Positions 8,650 through 18,274 are shown, numbered from the stretch's first letter. The stretch: DNA of 64,000 nt from an uncultured bacterium (GCA_903875555.1 CAIQWN010000045.1:1535-65534), one strand, 5' to 3'. Numbers and translations are program-made. Notes: generated by a model from the sequence alone, not told the origin.

Positions 8650-10407
8650 TTAAATTACACCAATAATCCTCAGCCTCAATTCCACTTTTCCTCGCCAATA
8701 ACTCTTTTCTAAATTTGCAATCAGTTTATGTTCCTTTTTTAATTTTTCTTCTAATTCATCATCAACAAAAAATTTAATTGCTTTAATTTGTTTAACTCCA
8801 TCATCACCGCGCCCCGTCGTAGCTTTATGCGAAGTGGGGTAAATCACTTCAATATGCTCACTCTTCTTTCCAAACCTCCTCACACTAATCGCTTTTACTC
8901 TTGGAAATGAAAAAATTGGTTTTGGGTTACCAACACCAAAAGGAGCAAGTACGCTCATTGCTCCATAGGTTATCTCGTTAACATCATTAAAAGAAATTTC
9001 TTCATCAATCAACACTTCTCCATTGCCAATTTCTTTTCTTTTAACACGTTCAATCGCCTCATTCAAAACTTTTAACAATTTATCTTTATTTTCTTTCAAA
9101 AAAGAAAATCCACCTGCCTGCTCATGCCCACCAACACCAATGAAAATATCTCCACACACTCTCATCAAATCAACAACATGAATATCTCCAAGTGAACGAC
9201 AAGATCCCTTCAAAATATTTTCATCTTCCCCTTGCCCCCAAACAAAAGTAGGTTTTCCAGTTTCTTCAATTATTTTTTGTGCAATGAGACCAAGAAGCCC
9301 AGGACCCCAACTAATATCACCAACCACAATTACTTTTTCTTTATAAACAGCATGATCAAAAGAAATCGTAGACAAAATATCTTTTACTCCTCCTTTCCTT
9401 TCATTATTCAAAACCTCAAGATCAAGAACAAGATGCTCAGCAAGCAAATTATCTTTTTCATAAAGCATATTATGCGCTTGCATAGGATGACCCATTCTAC
9501 TTGCTGCATTTATTCTAGGTGCAATAGTAAAAGAAATATCTTCTTCTGTTAAATTATCTTTTATTACTCCTTGATTTCTAAAAATATGATTAAGTCCATA
9601 TCTTTTTGTTTTTTGTAAAACTTTTAATCCAAAATATACGAGTGTTCTGTTTTCTTTCACAAGTGGAACCATGTCGGCCACTGTAGATATAGCAACAAGA
9701 TCAAGCCACCACTTTTCAAAACCTTCTGGAAGTTCATAGACTTTCTGTAAAACAATACTATACGCGTTTTGTTTCTTTCCTTCTTCTAATTTTTTACTTT
9801 TTACTTCCTCTTTCAATTTTACAAGAATCGCACAAGCAAGCTTCCAAACAACCGCACAACCACATAGCATATCATCATAATAATTACATTTATCTTGTTT
9901 CGAATTAAGAATACAATACGCTTCTGGTAATATTTGTTTTTTATTTTCACTCAAAGGCAAATGGTGATCTGTTACTATTACATTTATTCCAAAATCTTCT
10001 GCATATTTAACTTCATCAACATTTGTAATTCCAGAATCAATAGTAATTAACAAAGTCACTTTATCTTTTTTAAATTTATCAATCACTTTTTTGTGTAAGC
10101 CATATCCTTCATTATGACGATGAGGAATATAAATATCTACATTACCATAACCAATTGTATTAAAAAAATCTCGTAGCAAAACACCACCAGGCACACCATC
10201 GCAATCATAATCACTATAAATAACCACCTTCTCTTCATTTTTTATCGCCTTAATAATTCTTTTGACTGCTTTTTCCATTCCATAAATCAAAAATGGATCA
10301 CCAATACCTATTTCATAAGATGGATTTAAAAATTTTTCTATTTTATCACCAACAACCCCCCTATTTTCAAGAAGTTTTAAAGTTAATGGATGTAAATCTT
10401 TTATCAT
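8650..10407 (-). CDS. recJ: single-stranded-DNA-specific exonuclease RecJ
   Basis: DHH motifs (YSDYDCDGV; ITIDSGI; TDHH) plus a DHHA1-like C-terminus. Confidence 0.8.
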   Translation of the reverse strand: MIKDLHPLTLKLLENRGVVGDKIEKFLNPSYEIGIGDPFLIYGMEKAVKRIIKAIKNEEKVVIYSDYDCDGVPGGVLLRDFFNTIGYGNVDIYIPHRHNEGYGLHKKVIDKFKKDKVTLLITIDSGITNVDEVKYAEDFGINVIVTDHHLPLSENKKQILPEAYCILNSKQDKCNYYDDMLCGCAVVWKLACAILVKLKEEVKSKKLEEGKKQNAYSIVLQKVYELPEGFEKWWLDLVAISTVADMVPLVKENRTLVYFGLKVLQKTKRYGLNHIFRNQGVIKDNLTEEDISFTIAPRINAASRMGHPMQAHNMLYEKDNLLAEHLVLDLEVLNNERKGGVKDILSTISFDHAVYKEKVIVVGDISWGPGLLGLIAQKIIEETGKPTFVWGQGEDENILKGSCRSLGDIHVVDLMRVCGDIFIGVGGHEQAGGFSFLKENKDKLLKVLNEAIERVKRKEIGNGEVLIDEEISFNDVNEITYGAMSVLAPFGVGNPKPIFSFPRVKAISVRRFGKKSEHIEVIYPTSHKATTGRGDDGVKQIKAIKFFVDDELEEKLKKEHKLIANLEKSYWRGKVELRLRIIGVI

Positions 10408-10470
10408 TATTAGTAAACATTATATCATTATAAAATTTTGTCTTTTACTAAAAAAATAAAAGACACTGAT

Positions 10471-11961
10471 TTATTTCACCTTAAACTGTTTACGAATTTC
10501 TTTGACCTTTTCAATATTTTTTTCTTCCATTTCTTCTTTTCCTTTCTCCCCTAACTTCTTTAACTCTGAAATATCTAAAGAAATCAATTCTTTTGCGCGA
10601 TTATCCAAATATTCTTCTGTGTTTTTCTTTGGGTTTTCCAAAACCTCATCAAACAATGCATGTAAAACAAACCCAATTTTTGGTCCCGGTGTTTCTTGTG
10701 TAACACTCATTATTCTTTCTCCGTTTGTTTTTAGCATTTTTAACGAAATCGGATCTTGAAGTGCTTGTTCGATCATTGATTCATACATTCTTAATCTGTA
10801 CGGTTCTTCTTTTGGTCTTCCTGTCCCTATTCTATCGCATATACGAAGATTAACTAGATCCCATACCTTGTCTTTACCAACATTTACAATCAATCTGCGA
10901 ACAGCACTTATTGTTATTTGTTCTGTGTCACTAAAAAACATATGCCAACGTACCATAATTGATACAGTATCGATTAACTCCTTAGAAAACTTTAATCTTT
11001 CCATAATTACGCGCGTTACACGTGAACCAACAACCTCGTGACCATAAAACGTGTGTTGTTTTGTGTCTTTTATAAATCTACGTGTTTCTGGTTTAGAAAT
11101 ATCATGAAAAATAGCCGCTAAACGAATATGTAATGCAAGTTTTTTATCAGCAGAATGTTGCAATGTCTTTAAATTATGTTCCCAAACATCAAAACTATGT
11201 GCCTGGTTCTGTGTAACCCCTACTCCACGAAGCAACTCCGGAACAATAAATTGAAGTAAATTTAAATCTTTTAATAAAGTAATCCCTCTCATAGGAAAAT
11301 CTGTCATAATAAGTTTAGAAAATTCATCCCTGATTCTTTCACGTGAAATACTATTAAGTAAATTGGAATTCCTTTCCACACTTTCACGTGTAACAGATTC
11401 TAAATCAAAATCAAGCTGACAAACAAAACGAACAGCACGCATAAGTCTGAGAGAATCTTCTTGGAACCTCTTGTCTGGATCACCAACCGCTCTTAAAACC
11501 TTATTTTCTAAGTCCTTTTTACCACCAAACAGATCTACTGTTTCTTGTGAAATAGGATTATACGCCATTGCATTCACAGTAAAATCACGTCTTTTTAGAT
11601 CATCTTCAATATTTTGACTCCACCCTACTTGATCAGGATGTCTTTTATCTGAATATTCCCCTTCTAAACGATATGGAGTAACTTCAACTATTCTTATGGT
11701 CTCATTAGAACAAATAGTTCCTATCTCTTCTCCACAAGTAACAACACCAACTGTACCATATATATTTTCATAGAAAGTTTTTGGAAACAGGCTTATAATT
11801 TGTTCAGGTGTGGCGTTTGTGGTTACATCATAATCTTTTGGTTTTATACCCATAAACAAATCACGAACACAACCACCAACAAGAAAAGCTTCATAGTCAG
11901 CACCTTGAAGTACCGCAATAACCATACTTATCTCTTTTGGTATTTCGTTATTATTTATCAT
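10471..11961 (-). CDS. cca: CCA-adding tRNA nucleotidyltransferase / poly(A) polymerase family with HD domain
   Basis: GGCVRDLFMG..KDYDV head domain and a C-terminal HD (IFHDISKP). Confidence 0.75.
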   Translation of the reverse strand: MINNNEIPKEISMVIAVLQGADYEAFLVGGCVRDLFMGIKPKDYDVTTNATPEQIISLFPKTFYENIYGTVGVVTCGEEIGTICSNETIRIVEVTPYRLEGEYSDKRHPDQVGWSQNIEDDLKRRDFTVNAMAYNPISQETVDLFGGKKDLENKVLRAVGDPDKRFQEDSLRLMRAVRFVCQLDFDLESVTRESVERNSNLLNSISRERIRDEFSKLIMTDFPMRGITLLKDLNLLQFIVPELLRGVGVTQNQAHSFDVWEHNLKTLQHSADKKLALHIRLAAIFHDISKPETRRFIKDTKQHTFYGHEVVGSRVTRVIMERLKFSKELIDTVSIMVRWHMFFSDTEQITISAVRRLIVNVGKDKVWDLVNLRICDRIGTGRPKEEPYRLRMYESMIEQALQDPISLKMLKTNGERIMSVTQETPGPKIGFVLHALFDEVLENPKKNTEEYLDNRAKELISLDISELKKLGEKGKEEMEEKNIEKVKEIRKQFKVK

Positions 11962-11991
11962 AATTAATGTTATAATATGCTTGTAAAATAA

Positions 11992-12063
11992 GCTTTCGTG
12001 GTGAAATGGATATCACATCGGTCTTCGGAACCGTTGTTCCAGGTTCGAATCCTGGCGAAAGCA
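11992..12063 (+). tRNA. tRNA-Arg (anticodon TCG, tentative)
   Basis: Hand-folded cloverleaf: acceptor gctttcg/cgaaagc, D-stem gtga/tcac, anticodon loop cTTCGga, T-arm ccagg-ttcgaat-cctgg. The anticodon stem has a U27-U43 mismatch. No CCA is encoded. Confidence 0.55.
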
Positions 12064-12141
12064 CAAACTCTTTTTAATTTTTATCCTATTTTTTACTTTC
12101 AATTCTCGTATCTCACACAAATACATCGAATTATTCTTTTG

Positions 12142-12212
12142 TGCGGCGTACGAGAATCGAACTCGTGTCTCATCCTTGGCAAGGACGTATTCTACCACTA
12201 AACCAACACCGC
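12142..12212 (-). tRNA. tRNA-Gly (GCC)
   Basis: Minus strand reads GCGGTGTTGGTTTAGTGGTAGAATACGTCCTTGCCAAGGATGAGACACGAGTTCGATTCTCGTACGCCGCA. Confidence 0.85.
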
Positions 12213-12315
12213 GAATAATAATTATATTATCACAAATAAAAGTAAATAAAAAGCTAATATATTGCTACTGTTTATTTTAAAAACCATTAAAAATAAATAG
12301 TATACTATGAAAAAC

Positions 12316-12346
12316 TGTGGATAAACCTGTGGTAACTGTTGATAAG
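12316..12346 (+). promoter_or_regulatory. cluster of three tandem DnaA-box-like motifs (TGTGGATAA, TGTGGTAA, TGTTGATAA)
   Basis: cTGTGGATAAac cTGTGGTAAc TGTTGATAAg at about 11-bp spacing; the first is a perfect DnaA box. Confidence 0.35.
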
Positions 12347-12505
12347 AGACAGTAAAATACATATGAGGCAAACTATACAGACATTGCCCTTAATTGTGAA
12401 ATATCATTGTAAACTAAGGATATTTCACAAAAAGACTGACTCTTTTATAAAGGAAAATCTATAAACGTGTCACGTGAAACGTTTCATAAGAAACGAATAA
12501 TAAAA

Positions 12506-12892
12506 ATGGCAAAACATAATGAAATAGGTAAAATAGGAGAAAACATAGCAAAAACCTTTTTAATAAGAAGTGGTTTCATTGTGGTGACTATGAACGAAAA
12601 ATTTAAATTTGGTGAAATAGATATAATTGCTGAAAAAGACAATATTTTGCACTTTGTTGAGGTAAAAAGTGTTAAAATAAGAGACAGTTCCAATATAAAA
12701 ACTTTAAAAATAAAACCTGAAGATAATTTAACTTTTTGGAAAAAATTTAAATTCAAAAGAGCAATTAATTTATATTTAATAAACAATAGTAATCTCAAAA
12801 ATAAAAAATTACAAATCGATCTCATTTGTGTTTATATAAATCAAAAAACAAGGGAGGGGAGAGTGAAAATTTTTGAAAACATAGAATTATAA
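12506..12892 (+). CDS. YraN/UPF0102 family endonuclease
   Basis: GKIGENIAKTFL..SGF and ...GEIDIIA...HFVEVK. The first ATG is at 12506; the ORF-track start at 12467 is a GTG. Confidence 0.55.
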   Translation: MAKHNEIGKIGENIAKTFLIRSGFIVVTMNEKFKFGEIDIIAEKDNILHFVEVKSVKIRDSSNIKTLKIKPEDNLTFWKKFKFKRAINLYLINNSNLKNKKLQIDLICVYINQKTREGRVKIFENIEL

Positions 12893-12945
12893 AAAGGTAG
12901 TAATTGTAGAAAAATATGTTAGAATTAGATTTAGTTTAGATATTT

Positions 12946-13018
12946 CGGAGTGTGGTGTAACGGCTAACATTCTGGTTTTGGGTACCAGCGACTCAGGGTT
13001 CGAATCCCTGCACTCCGA
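12946..13018 (+). tRNA. tRNA-Pro (TGG)
   Basis: CGGAGTG acceptor start typical of tRNA-Pro, anticodon loop tTTGGGt, T-arm cagggttcgaatccctg. Confidence 0.8.
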
Positions 13019-13020
13019 CA

Positions 13021-13060
13021 AAATAACAAAAACCCTTCAAACGAAGGGTTTTTGTTATTT
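13021..13060 (+). terminator. 18-bp-stem intrinsic terminator after tRNA-Pro
   Basis: aaataacaaaaacccttc-aaac-gaagggtttttgttattt: a perfect 18-bp stem. Confidence 0.6.
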
Positions 13061-13111
13061 TGTCGACACTAGAAATTTTTCTATAAATAAGATATAATCT
13101 ACTGGTGATTT

Positions 13112-13182
13112 GCGGTGTTGGTTTAGTGGTAGAATGCCTGCCTTCCAAGCAGGAGACAAGAGTTCGATTCTCTTACGCCGCA
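13112..13182 (+). tRNA. tRNA-Gly (TCC)
   Basis: GCGGTGTTGGTTTAGTGGTAGAATGCCTGCCTTCCAAGCAGGAGACAAGAGTTCGATTCTCTTACGCCGCA. Confidence 0.85.
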
Positions 13183-13189
13183 CTAATTT

Positions 13190-13477
13190 ATGGACAACAA
13201 TCCAAAAACAGAATTTAATAAAACCCTTGAAGTTTTGCGTTCTGAGATATTTGAAACTGATAAAGAAATAATAGAACTACTTGCAAAAAGATTTAATTTT
13301 GTTAGAAAAGTCGGACAAATAAAAAAAGAAAACAATATTCCTCCACTTGACCAAACACAGTGGAATAAAGTTCTAAAAACAAGAAAGAGTGTCGCTAGGG
13401 AATTAAATCTAAATGAAAATTTAATAGAAAATGTCTTGGAATTAATACACAAAGAATCACTTAGATTAGAAAAATGA
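13190..13477 (+). CDS. chorismate mutase (AroQ class) domain protein
   Basis: 95 aa; LRSEIFETDKEIIELLAKRF..V.KVGQIK matches the AroQ helix-1 pattern (LR.EID.ID..LL.LL..R...V..IG..K). Confidence 0.5.
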   Translation: MDNNPKTEFNKTLEVLRSEIFETDKEIIELLAKRFNFVRKVGQIKKENNIPPLDQTQWNKVLKTRKSVARELNLNENLIENVLELIHKESLRLEK

Positions 13478-13495
13478 TTTTGTATTATTTACTTA

Positions 13496-13753
13496 TTGTT
13501 AGAAAATAAATTTATGGAATTTGGAAAAGAGGAATTATTTTTACAGACACACCAAGAAAAAATGAACGATGTTCAAATGATTGTTTTTCTTGATGATATT
13601 ATTAACAAATATACACCTGTTGTACTAGACACAAATAACGGTTTAAATACTGAAACACTGAGAAAGATAGAGGGTATTTTACAAACAGCAAGAAAAACTA
13701 AAAAAAGATTAGAGGGAAATATTTTGATTGATCAAAAAGATACTCTGCATTAA
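13496..13753 (+). CDS. hypothetical protein
   Basis: 85-aa ORF with no recognisable motif. Confidence 0.3.
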   Translation: MLENKFMEFGKEELFLQTHQEKMNDVQMIVFLDDIINKYTPVVLDTNNGLNTETLRKIEGILQTARKTKKRLEGNILIDQKDTLH

Positions 13754-13756
13754 AAA

Positions 13757-13792
13757 AACAAAATCGCCCTTAGGGCGATTTTGTTTTTTGCC
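13757..13792. terminator. bidirectional intrinsic terminator between convergent genes
   Basis: aaaatcgccc-ttag-ggcgatttt with A/T runs on both sides. Confidence 0.55.
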
Positions 13793-13803
13793 AAATAAAG
13801 TAA

Positions 13804-14076
13804 TTATGCTACTGCATCCTTAAGTGCCTTTGCGGCTGAGAACTTAGGAGCCTTCTTGGCTGCAACCCTAACAGTTGCTCCTGTTTTTGGGTTACGAGCA
13901 TCACGAGCCTTACGAAGCTTTACAGAAAACTTACCGAATCCTGCAATTGCAACTTCGTCTCCTTTTTTAAGTGTCTTAACAATTGTGTCGAAAATAGTAT
14001 CTACGATTGCTTCTGCTTGTACTTTTGTTGTACCAAGTTCTGCGTTTACCACTTCAACTAGAGCTGCTTTGTTCAT
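13804..14076 (-). CDS. hup: DNA-binding protein HU
   Basis: MNKAALVEVV...GFGKFSV..R.AR.GRNP.TG from the internal ATG; the ORF-track 14115 start is an N-terminal extension. Confidence 0.85.
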   Translation of the reverse strand: MNKAALVEVVNAELGTTKVQAEAIVDTIFDTIVKTLKKGDEVAIAGFGKFSVKLRKARDARNPKTGATVRVAAKKAPKFSAAKALKDAVA

Positions 14077-14222
14077 ATGATGAAATATTTTTAGTGATGG
14101 TTTTCCTAGGAACACACCACTGATTAGTTATTTTATAATTTCACCGCAAAGGGCAAGCCTGGGCGATGTATGTAAACAGTATATAAAATATGGGATTTTT
14201 AGCAAGGGGAGAAAAGGTTGTT

Positions 14223-14316
14223 CGACTTTTAATTAAAACTAACCGATATAATTTTCTACTGAAAATTTATCTCACCCTCAAACCGTAGTCCTGCGACAGT
14301 TAGTTTTAATTAAAAA
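14223..14316 (-). ncRNA. candidate structured leader or small RNA upstream of hup: 19-bp inverted repeat enclosing a ~55-nt loop
   Basis: acttttaattaaaactaac ... gttagttttaattaaaaat (18 of 19 complementary) in a 280-bp ORF-free region. Confidence 0.25.
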
Positions 14317-14356
14317 TCTCACTCTTAGAAATTGATACACTTCGCTCCAAAAACCT

Positions 14357-14758
14357 TTATAAAATAAGGAACTTTTCTAAAACTTCTTTCTGATTTGAAT
14401 ACATTAAATATTTCTCTAGGTCTTCTTTCTTGGAAACCAAAACGAAATCTGATATTTCGTGGTTTATTTTAATTTCTTGATCTGACACGACAGATGCAGT
14501 ATAAAAAATAAAAACTTTTGGAATTTTGTGAATGTTATGAGAAACACTGACTGAAATTAATTTTTGATCAACACAATCAACACCAAGCTCTTCTTTTATC
14601 TCGCGGATTAAACCTTCTTCGAGTTGTTCATCAACATTTAATCTTCCACCTGGAAGTATCCACTCATCTTGTCCTTTTTCTTTCACAATAACAAAAGAAT
14701 TTTTATATTTCAAAATCACCTTTTGTGTTACTTGTCCAAAAAAATGTTCTTCTTTCAT
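14357..14758 (-). CDS. NUDIX hydrolase
   Basis: Nudix box GGRLNVDEQLEEGLIREIKEELGV; probable start at the internal ATG at 14758. Confidence 0.7.
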   Translation of the reverse strand: MKEEHFFGQVTQKVILKYKNSFVIVKEKGQDEWILPGGRLNVDEQLEEGLIREIKEELGVDCVDQKLISVSVSHNIHKIPKVFIFYTASVVSDQEIKINHEISDFVLVSKKEDLEKYLMYSNQKEVLEKFLIL

Positions 14759-14762
14759 AAAT

Positions 14763-15002
14763 TTAATCTGTTTTTCTTCTACCCCAGTGAATGTGTGACC
14801 AGATTCTTTCGTGAAAATAATAAAGTATGGTACTGTAACCATTAACAACTGCAACGATTCCCGCTGAAACAACAACATTATGAGTAAAAAAATATGCAGC
14901 GATAGAATCTGCTGTAATACTTAACATGCGATAAGTAATTGACTTAACTACTGAACGATGATTATTCTCAAGTGTTTTATTTTTAATATAAATTTGTTCC
15001 AT
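14763..15002 (-). CDS. small membrane protein (DUF2061-like)
   Basis: 79 aa with two hydrophobic helices, 4 nt upstream of the NUDIX start. Confidence 0.35.
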   Translation of the reverse strand: MEQIYIKNKTLENNHRSVVKSITYRMLSITADSIAAYFFTHNVVVSAGIVAVVNGYSTILYYFHERIWSHIHWGRRKTD

Positions 15003-15068
15003 GTAAGTCTATATGATAGCAAAAGAAATAAAAATTTAAAAATTATTCAAAAATGAAATATTTTTTGA

Positions 15069-16577
15069 CTAACGAGCGAATTCAATTGAACGAGATTCAC
15101 GTATAACGTTTATTTTTATTTCACCAGGAAAATGTAATTCTTGTTCTATGCGAATTGCAATATTGCGAGCAAGGTCGCGCGCTTCTAAATCAGAAACAAG
15201 GGCAGGGGTTACAAACACGCGAATCTCACGACCTGCTTGAAGTGCATAAACTTTTTCGATTCCAGAAAATGCTAATGCTATAGCTTCTAAATCTTCTAAT
15301 CTTTTGATATATCTTTCTACTGTGTCACGTCTTGCACCAGGACGACCTCCACTTATTGCATCAGCAACTTGCACTATAACACTTTCTGTCGTTTCGTATG
15401 GATATTCTTCGTGGTGAGCCTGCATTGCTTGAATAACACGATTATCAACTCCATACTTCACTAAAATTTTTCTTCCTATTTCGACATGGGTTCCTTGTAT
15501 TTCGTGATCAACAGCCTTTCCAATATCGTGAAGCAATGCTCCTGCTTTTGCAATCTGGATATCTGCACCAAGTTCTGAAGCAAGCATTCCTGCGATATGA
15601 GTCATTTCTATTGAATGATTTAAAACATTTTGACCATACGATGTTCTAAAATATAAACGACCAATAAGTGGAATAATTGATTCTGGAATTGAAAGAAGTC
15701 CACATTCAAGGACAGCTTCTTCTCCTTTCTTCTTCATTATGTTTCCAATTTCCTTTTTTGATTTTTCTAAAAATTCTTCTATTTTTGCTGGCTGAATGCG
15801 ACCATCTTTAATCAGAGCCTGAAGTGCGTTTGTTGCAATCGCACGACGAACAGGATCAAAACAAGAAACAACAATCCCGTTTGGAATTTCATCAACGAGA
15901 AGTTCTACGCCTGAAGATTTCTCAAATGCTTTTATATTTCTTCCTTCTTTACCAATTATTTTTCCTTTTACTTCATCGTTTTCTATTTCTACTGTACTTG
16001 TAGAAAATTCTGCAAGGTCGGAATTTCCTAAACGATGAATTGAACTTATTAAAATATCACGAGCTTTTTCTTCAAGTTTGATTTCTCCGTCACGAGAAAG
16101 TTTTAAGATGCGAGAATTCAGATCTTCTTCGGATTCGAGCGAAATTTTGCGAAGCAAAATTTCGCGAGCGTCTATTTCAGATAGGTTTGCCACTCTTTCT
16201 AGTTCTTTTTCTATATTTTTTTCTTTCTCTTCTAAGATTTCTTTTACCATTTGCAAATCTTTTGCTTTTTGACGAATTGTTTCTGTGTCTTTAGAAAGAA
16301 TTTCTTCTTTTTTTGTAAGTTCTGTGTCACGACGATCAAGACGTTCTTCTTGTTTCTCTACTCTTTCTTCTGCTTTTTCTATCTCTACTCTAATTTCCTT
16401 CGCACGATTAAGTGCCTCATCTTCTATTTCTCTTGCTTTTCTTTTTGCTTCAATTATTTTTTCTTCTATATCATTTTCTATTGTGTCACGACGATACAGT
16501 GCCACATAATGACGAATAAAATAACCAGAAATAATCCCGATCAAAACAAAAATAATTATTTGTATTAATAAATTCAT
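15069..16577 (-). CDS. rny: ribonuclease Y
   Basis: N-terminal TM, long coiled coil, KH domain (GKIIGKEGRNIKAFE) and HD domain (HDIGK). Confidence 0.9.
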   Translation of the reverse strand: MNLLIQIIIFVLIGIISGYFIRHYVALYRRDTIENDIEEKIIEAKRKAREIEDEALNRAKEIRVEIEKAEERVEKQEERLDRRDTELTKKEEILSKDTETIRQKAKDLQMVKEILEEKEKNIEKELERVANLSEIDAREILLRKISLESEEDLNSRILKLSRDGEIKLEEKARDILISSIHRLGNSDLAEFSTSTVEIENDEVKGKIIGKEGRNIKAFEKSSGVELLVDEIPNGIVVSCFDPVRRAIATNALQALIKDGRIQPAKIEEFLEKSKKEIGNIMKKKGEEAVLECGLLSIPESIIPLIGRLYFRTSYGQNVLNHSIEMTHIAGMLASELGADIQIAKAGALLHDIGKAVDHEIQGTHVEIGRKILVKYGVDNRVIQAMQAHHEEYPYETTESVIVQVADAISGGRPGARRDTVERYIKRLEDLEAIALAFSGIEKVYALQAGREIRVFVTPALVSDLEARDLARNIAIRIEQELHFPGEIKINVIRESRSIEFAR

Positions 16578-16630
16578 AAATTTTAAATTTGTAGGGTGAT
16601 TTTTTTATTGTAATAAGTCACCTCTAAAGA

Positions 16631-17215
16631 TTACTTATTCTTTGGTTTCAAAATTTGATCAACAATACCGTATTTCTTTGCTTCATCTGCGGTCATCCAA
16701 TAATCACGATCTTTGTCTTTCTCTACTTTTTTATAATCTTGTCCTGTTGCATCAGAGAGCATCTTTGTAAGTTTCTCCTTTAGTCTTTGAATATGATTGG
16801 CTGTGATTTGTATATCGGAAGCCTGTCCTTCAACACCAGTTAATGGCTGATGAATCATTACTTCTGAATTTGGGAGCATAAATCTTTTTCCTTTTGTTCC
16901 TTGAGATAAAATGATTGCGCCCATAGAAGCAGCCATTCCAGTACAAACTGTAACAACGTCTGGTTTGATGTGATGCATTGTGTCGACAATCGCAAGACCT
17001 GATCCTATTTCTCCGCCAGGGGAGTTTATATAAAGAGTAATATCTTTCTTTGGGTCTTCTGATTCAAGAAATAAAAGTTGTGCAATAACAATGTTTGCAA
17101 CATTAGAATCAATTGGGCCAGCAAGAAAGACAATTCTTTCACGTAAAAGACGCGAGTAAATATCATATGCACGCTCACCAAATTGGCTTTTTTCGATAAC
17201 TGTGGGAATAAGCAT
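16631..17215 (-). CDS. clpP: ATP-dependent Clp protease proteolytic subunit
   Basis: [25 protein letters not shown]...L...I....A....AQLL.L.......I.LYINSPGG...GMAASMG. Confidence 0.95.
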   Translation of the reverse strand: MLIPTVIEKSQFGERAYDIYSRLLRERIVFLAGPIDSNVANIVIAQLLFLESEDPKKDITLYINSPGGEIGSGLAIVDTMHHIKPDVVTVCTGMAASMGAIILSQGTKGKRFMLPNSEVMIHQPLTGVEGQASDIQITANHIQRLKEKLTKMLSDATGQDYKKVEKDKDRDYWMTADEAKKYGIVDQILKPKNK

Positions 17216-17253
17216 AATAATAGATAGTTAGTATAGGGCGGTAAGTAATTCGT

Positions 17254-17280
17254 TTGAAAATTTGCTTCGCAAATTTTCAA
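17254..17280. promoter_or_regulatory. perfect 12-bp inverted repeat (ttgaaaatttgc-ttc-gcaaattttcaa) 40-65 bp upstream of clpP: operator candidate
   Basis: Perfect palindrome with no flanking T-run, so not an intrinsic terminator. It is positioned over the likely clpP promoter. Confidence 0.35.
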
Positions 17281-17323
17281 AATAAAAACAAACAACAATA
17301 CAATTTAATAAATAAAATTCAAA

Positions 17324-17414
17324 ATTCACCCTGTTAAATAAAATTTGAAACATGAAGCCAGTTTCAAATTTTAATTTTAAGATAACGTCTTAAAATTATT
17401 TAACAGGGTAAAAA
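17324..17414. repeat. stem-loop built from the 18-bp motif attcaccctgttaaataa and its inverted partner ttatttaacagggta, with a nested small palindrome
   Basis: Copy A 17324-17341, copy B 17397-17414; a third copy (C) lies at 18337-18354. Confidence 0.6.
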
Positions 17415-17497
17415 ACTTCAACAAAATCAAGTCTTTTCAAAGGTTCTGTCGTGTCCGTATATTTGCAATATATCATGAAAATATATAATTGTAACCA

Positions 17498-17526
17498 TTG
17501 ACAAACAACTATATTTATGCTATATT
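17498..17526 (+). promoter_or_regulatory. sigma70-type promoter candidate (TTGACA-17 nt-TATATT) for the membrane-protein gene
   Basis: TTGACA 17498-17503, 17-nt spacer, TATATT 17521-17526. Confidence 0.4.
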
Positions 17527-17611
17527 TATAAGCGATTACGAACATATCTAAAAGTTCGTGAAAAACACCGTTCTGTAACAACATACAACAATTTTTTCGA
17601 GGAGAATTAAA

Positions 17612-18274
17612 ATGTCTCAAACTCAACAAATAATACAAGAAGAGGGTCCGATTGATTTCTTGGTAAAGTCTTGGAAATGGATACTTTTTTGGTTTACACT
17701 TCTGTGTTTCGTTGGTATTTTTACTTTTGACAACGGAAAAATATCAACATTCTGGGGTGTGGCCACGGTGATTTCCACGATCACGGTGTCTGGATCATGG
17801 AATCGCGTCATAGACCTGATCGCAAAAATTCCTGGACTGTTTATGCTTGCATTGAAAAACTGGAAAGTCGTCTTACCGTCTGTGATGTGTACATACGCAC
17901 TGTGTGTCTGGTTAAATAACAATTTGACCACAAAACTGTTTATTGTGTCTATACTGTCGATACTAATTCCACTTTTTGTGCATTTCAAGTGGTACAACAA
18001 ATTATGGACAATACTCGGCAGCGCAATAAACGGCGGATTCAAGAAATATCCATTGGAAAGCTTTCTGGTTTTGATTGGAGTAATATCATTAGCAATAATT
18101 GTTGTCGCTTTCACATTCGGTGCAAGACCTGAAAGCTCTACTTTAATGTTTGTTGGTGGTATTGGATTATTCGGTAGTGGGTTGTTTCTTGTCTGGCTCG
18201 CTGGAAGATCTATCAAGAAAGCACTAGACCCATACGCAAACAAATATTTCGGAATAGAAGAGAAAAAGAAATAG
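17612..18274 (+). CDS. hypothetical polytopic membrane protein
   Basis: 220 aa, about 6 hydrophobic helices, bracketed by the 18-bp inverted repeats. Confidence 0.5.
   Translation: MSQTQQIIQEEGPIDFLVKSWKWILFWFTLLCFVGIFTFDNGKISTFWGVATVISTITVSGSWNRVIDLIAKIPGLFMLALKNWKVVLPSVMCTYALCVWLNNNLTTKLFIVSILSILIPLFVHFKWYNKLWTILGSAINGGFKKYPLESFLVLIGVISLAIIVVAFTFGARPESSTLMFVGGIGLFGSGLFLVWLAGRSIKKALDPYANKYFGIEEKKK

Noticed and set aside
11998-12201. ORFs 11998-12201(+) and 12013-12198(-)
   Set aside because: They span the tRNA-Arg and tRNA-Gly genes and the spacer between them, and are artefacts of the open frame.
15069-16577. Antisense or alternate-frame ORFs inside rny (16078-16272, 16251-16568, 16285-16509), inside nusA (25586-26239, 26097-26459, 26317-26700, 26459-26653), inside the coiled-coil protein gene (36554-37165, 37178-37852) and inside the VirB6-like gene (45721-46386, 46851-47291, 47041-47316)
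   Set aside because: They overlap strongly supported genes and have repetitive, low-complexity translations typical of AT-rich antisense frames.
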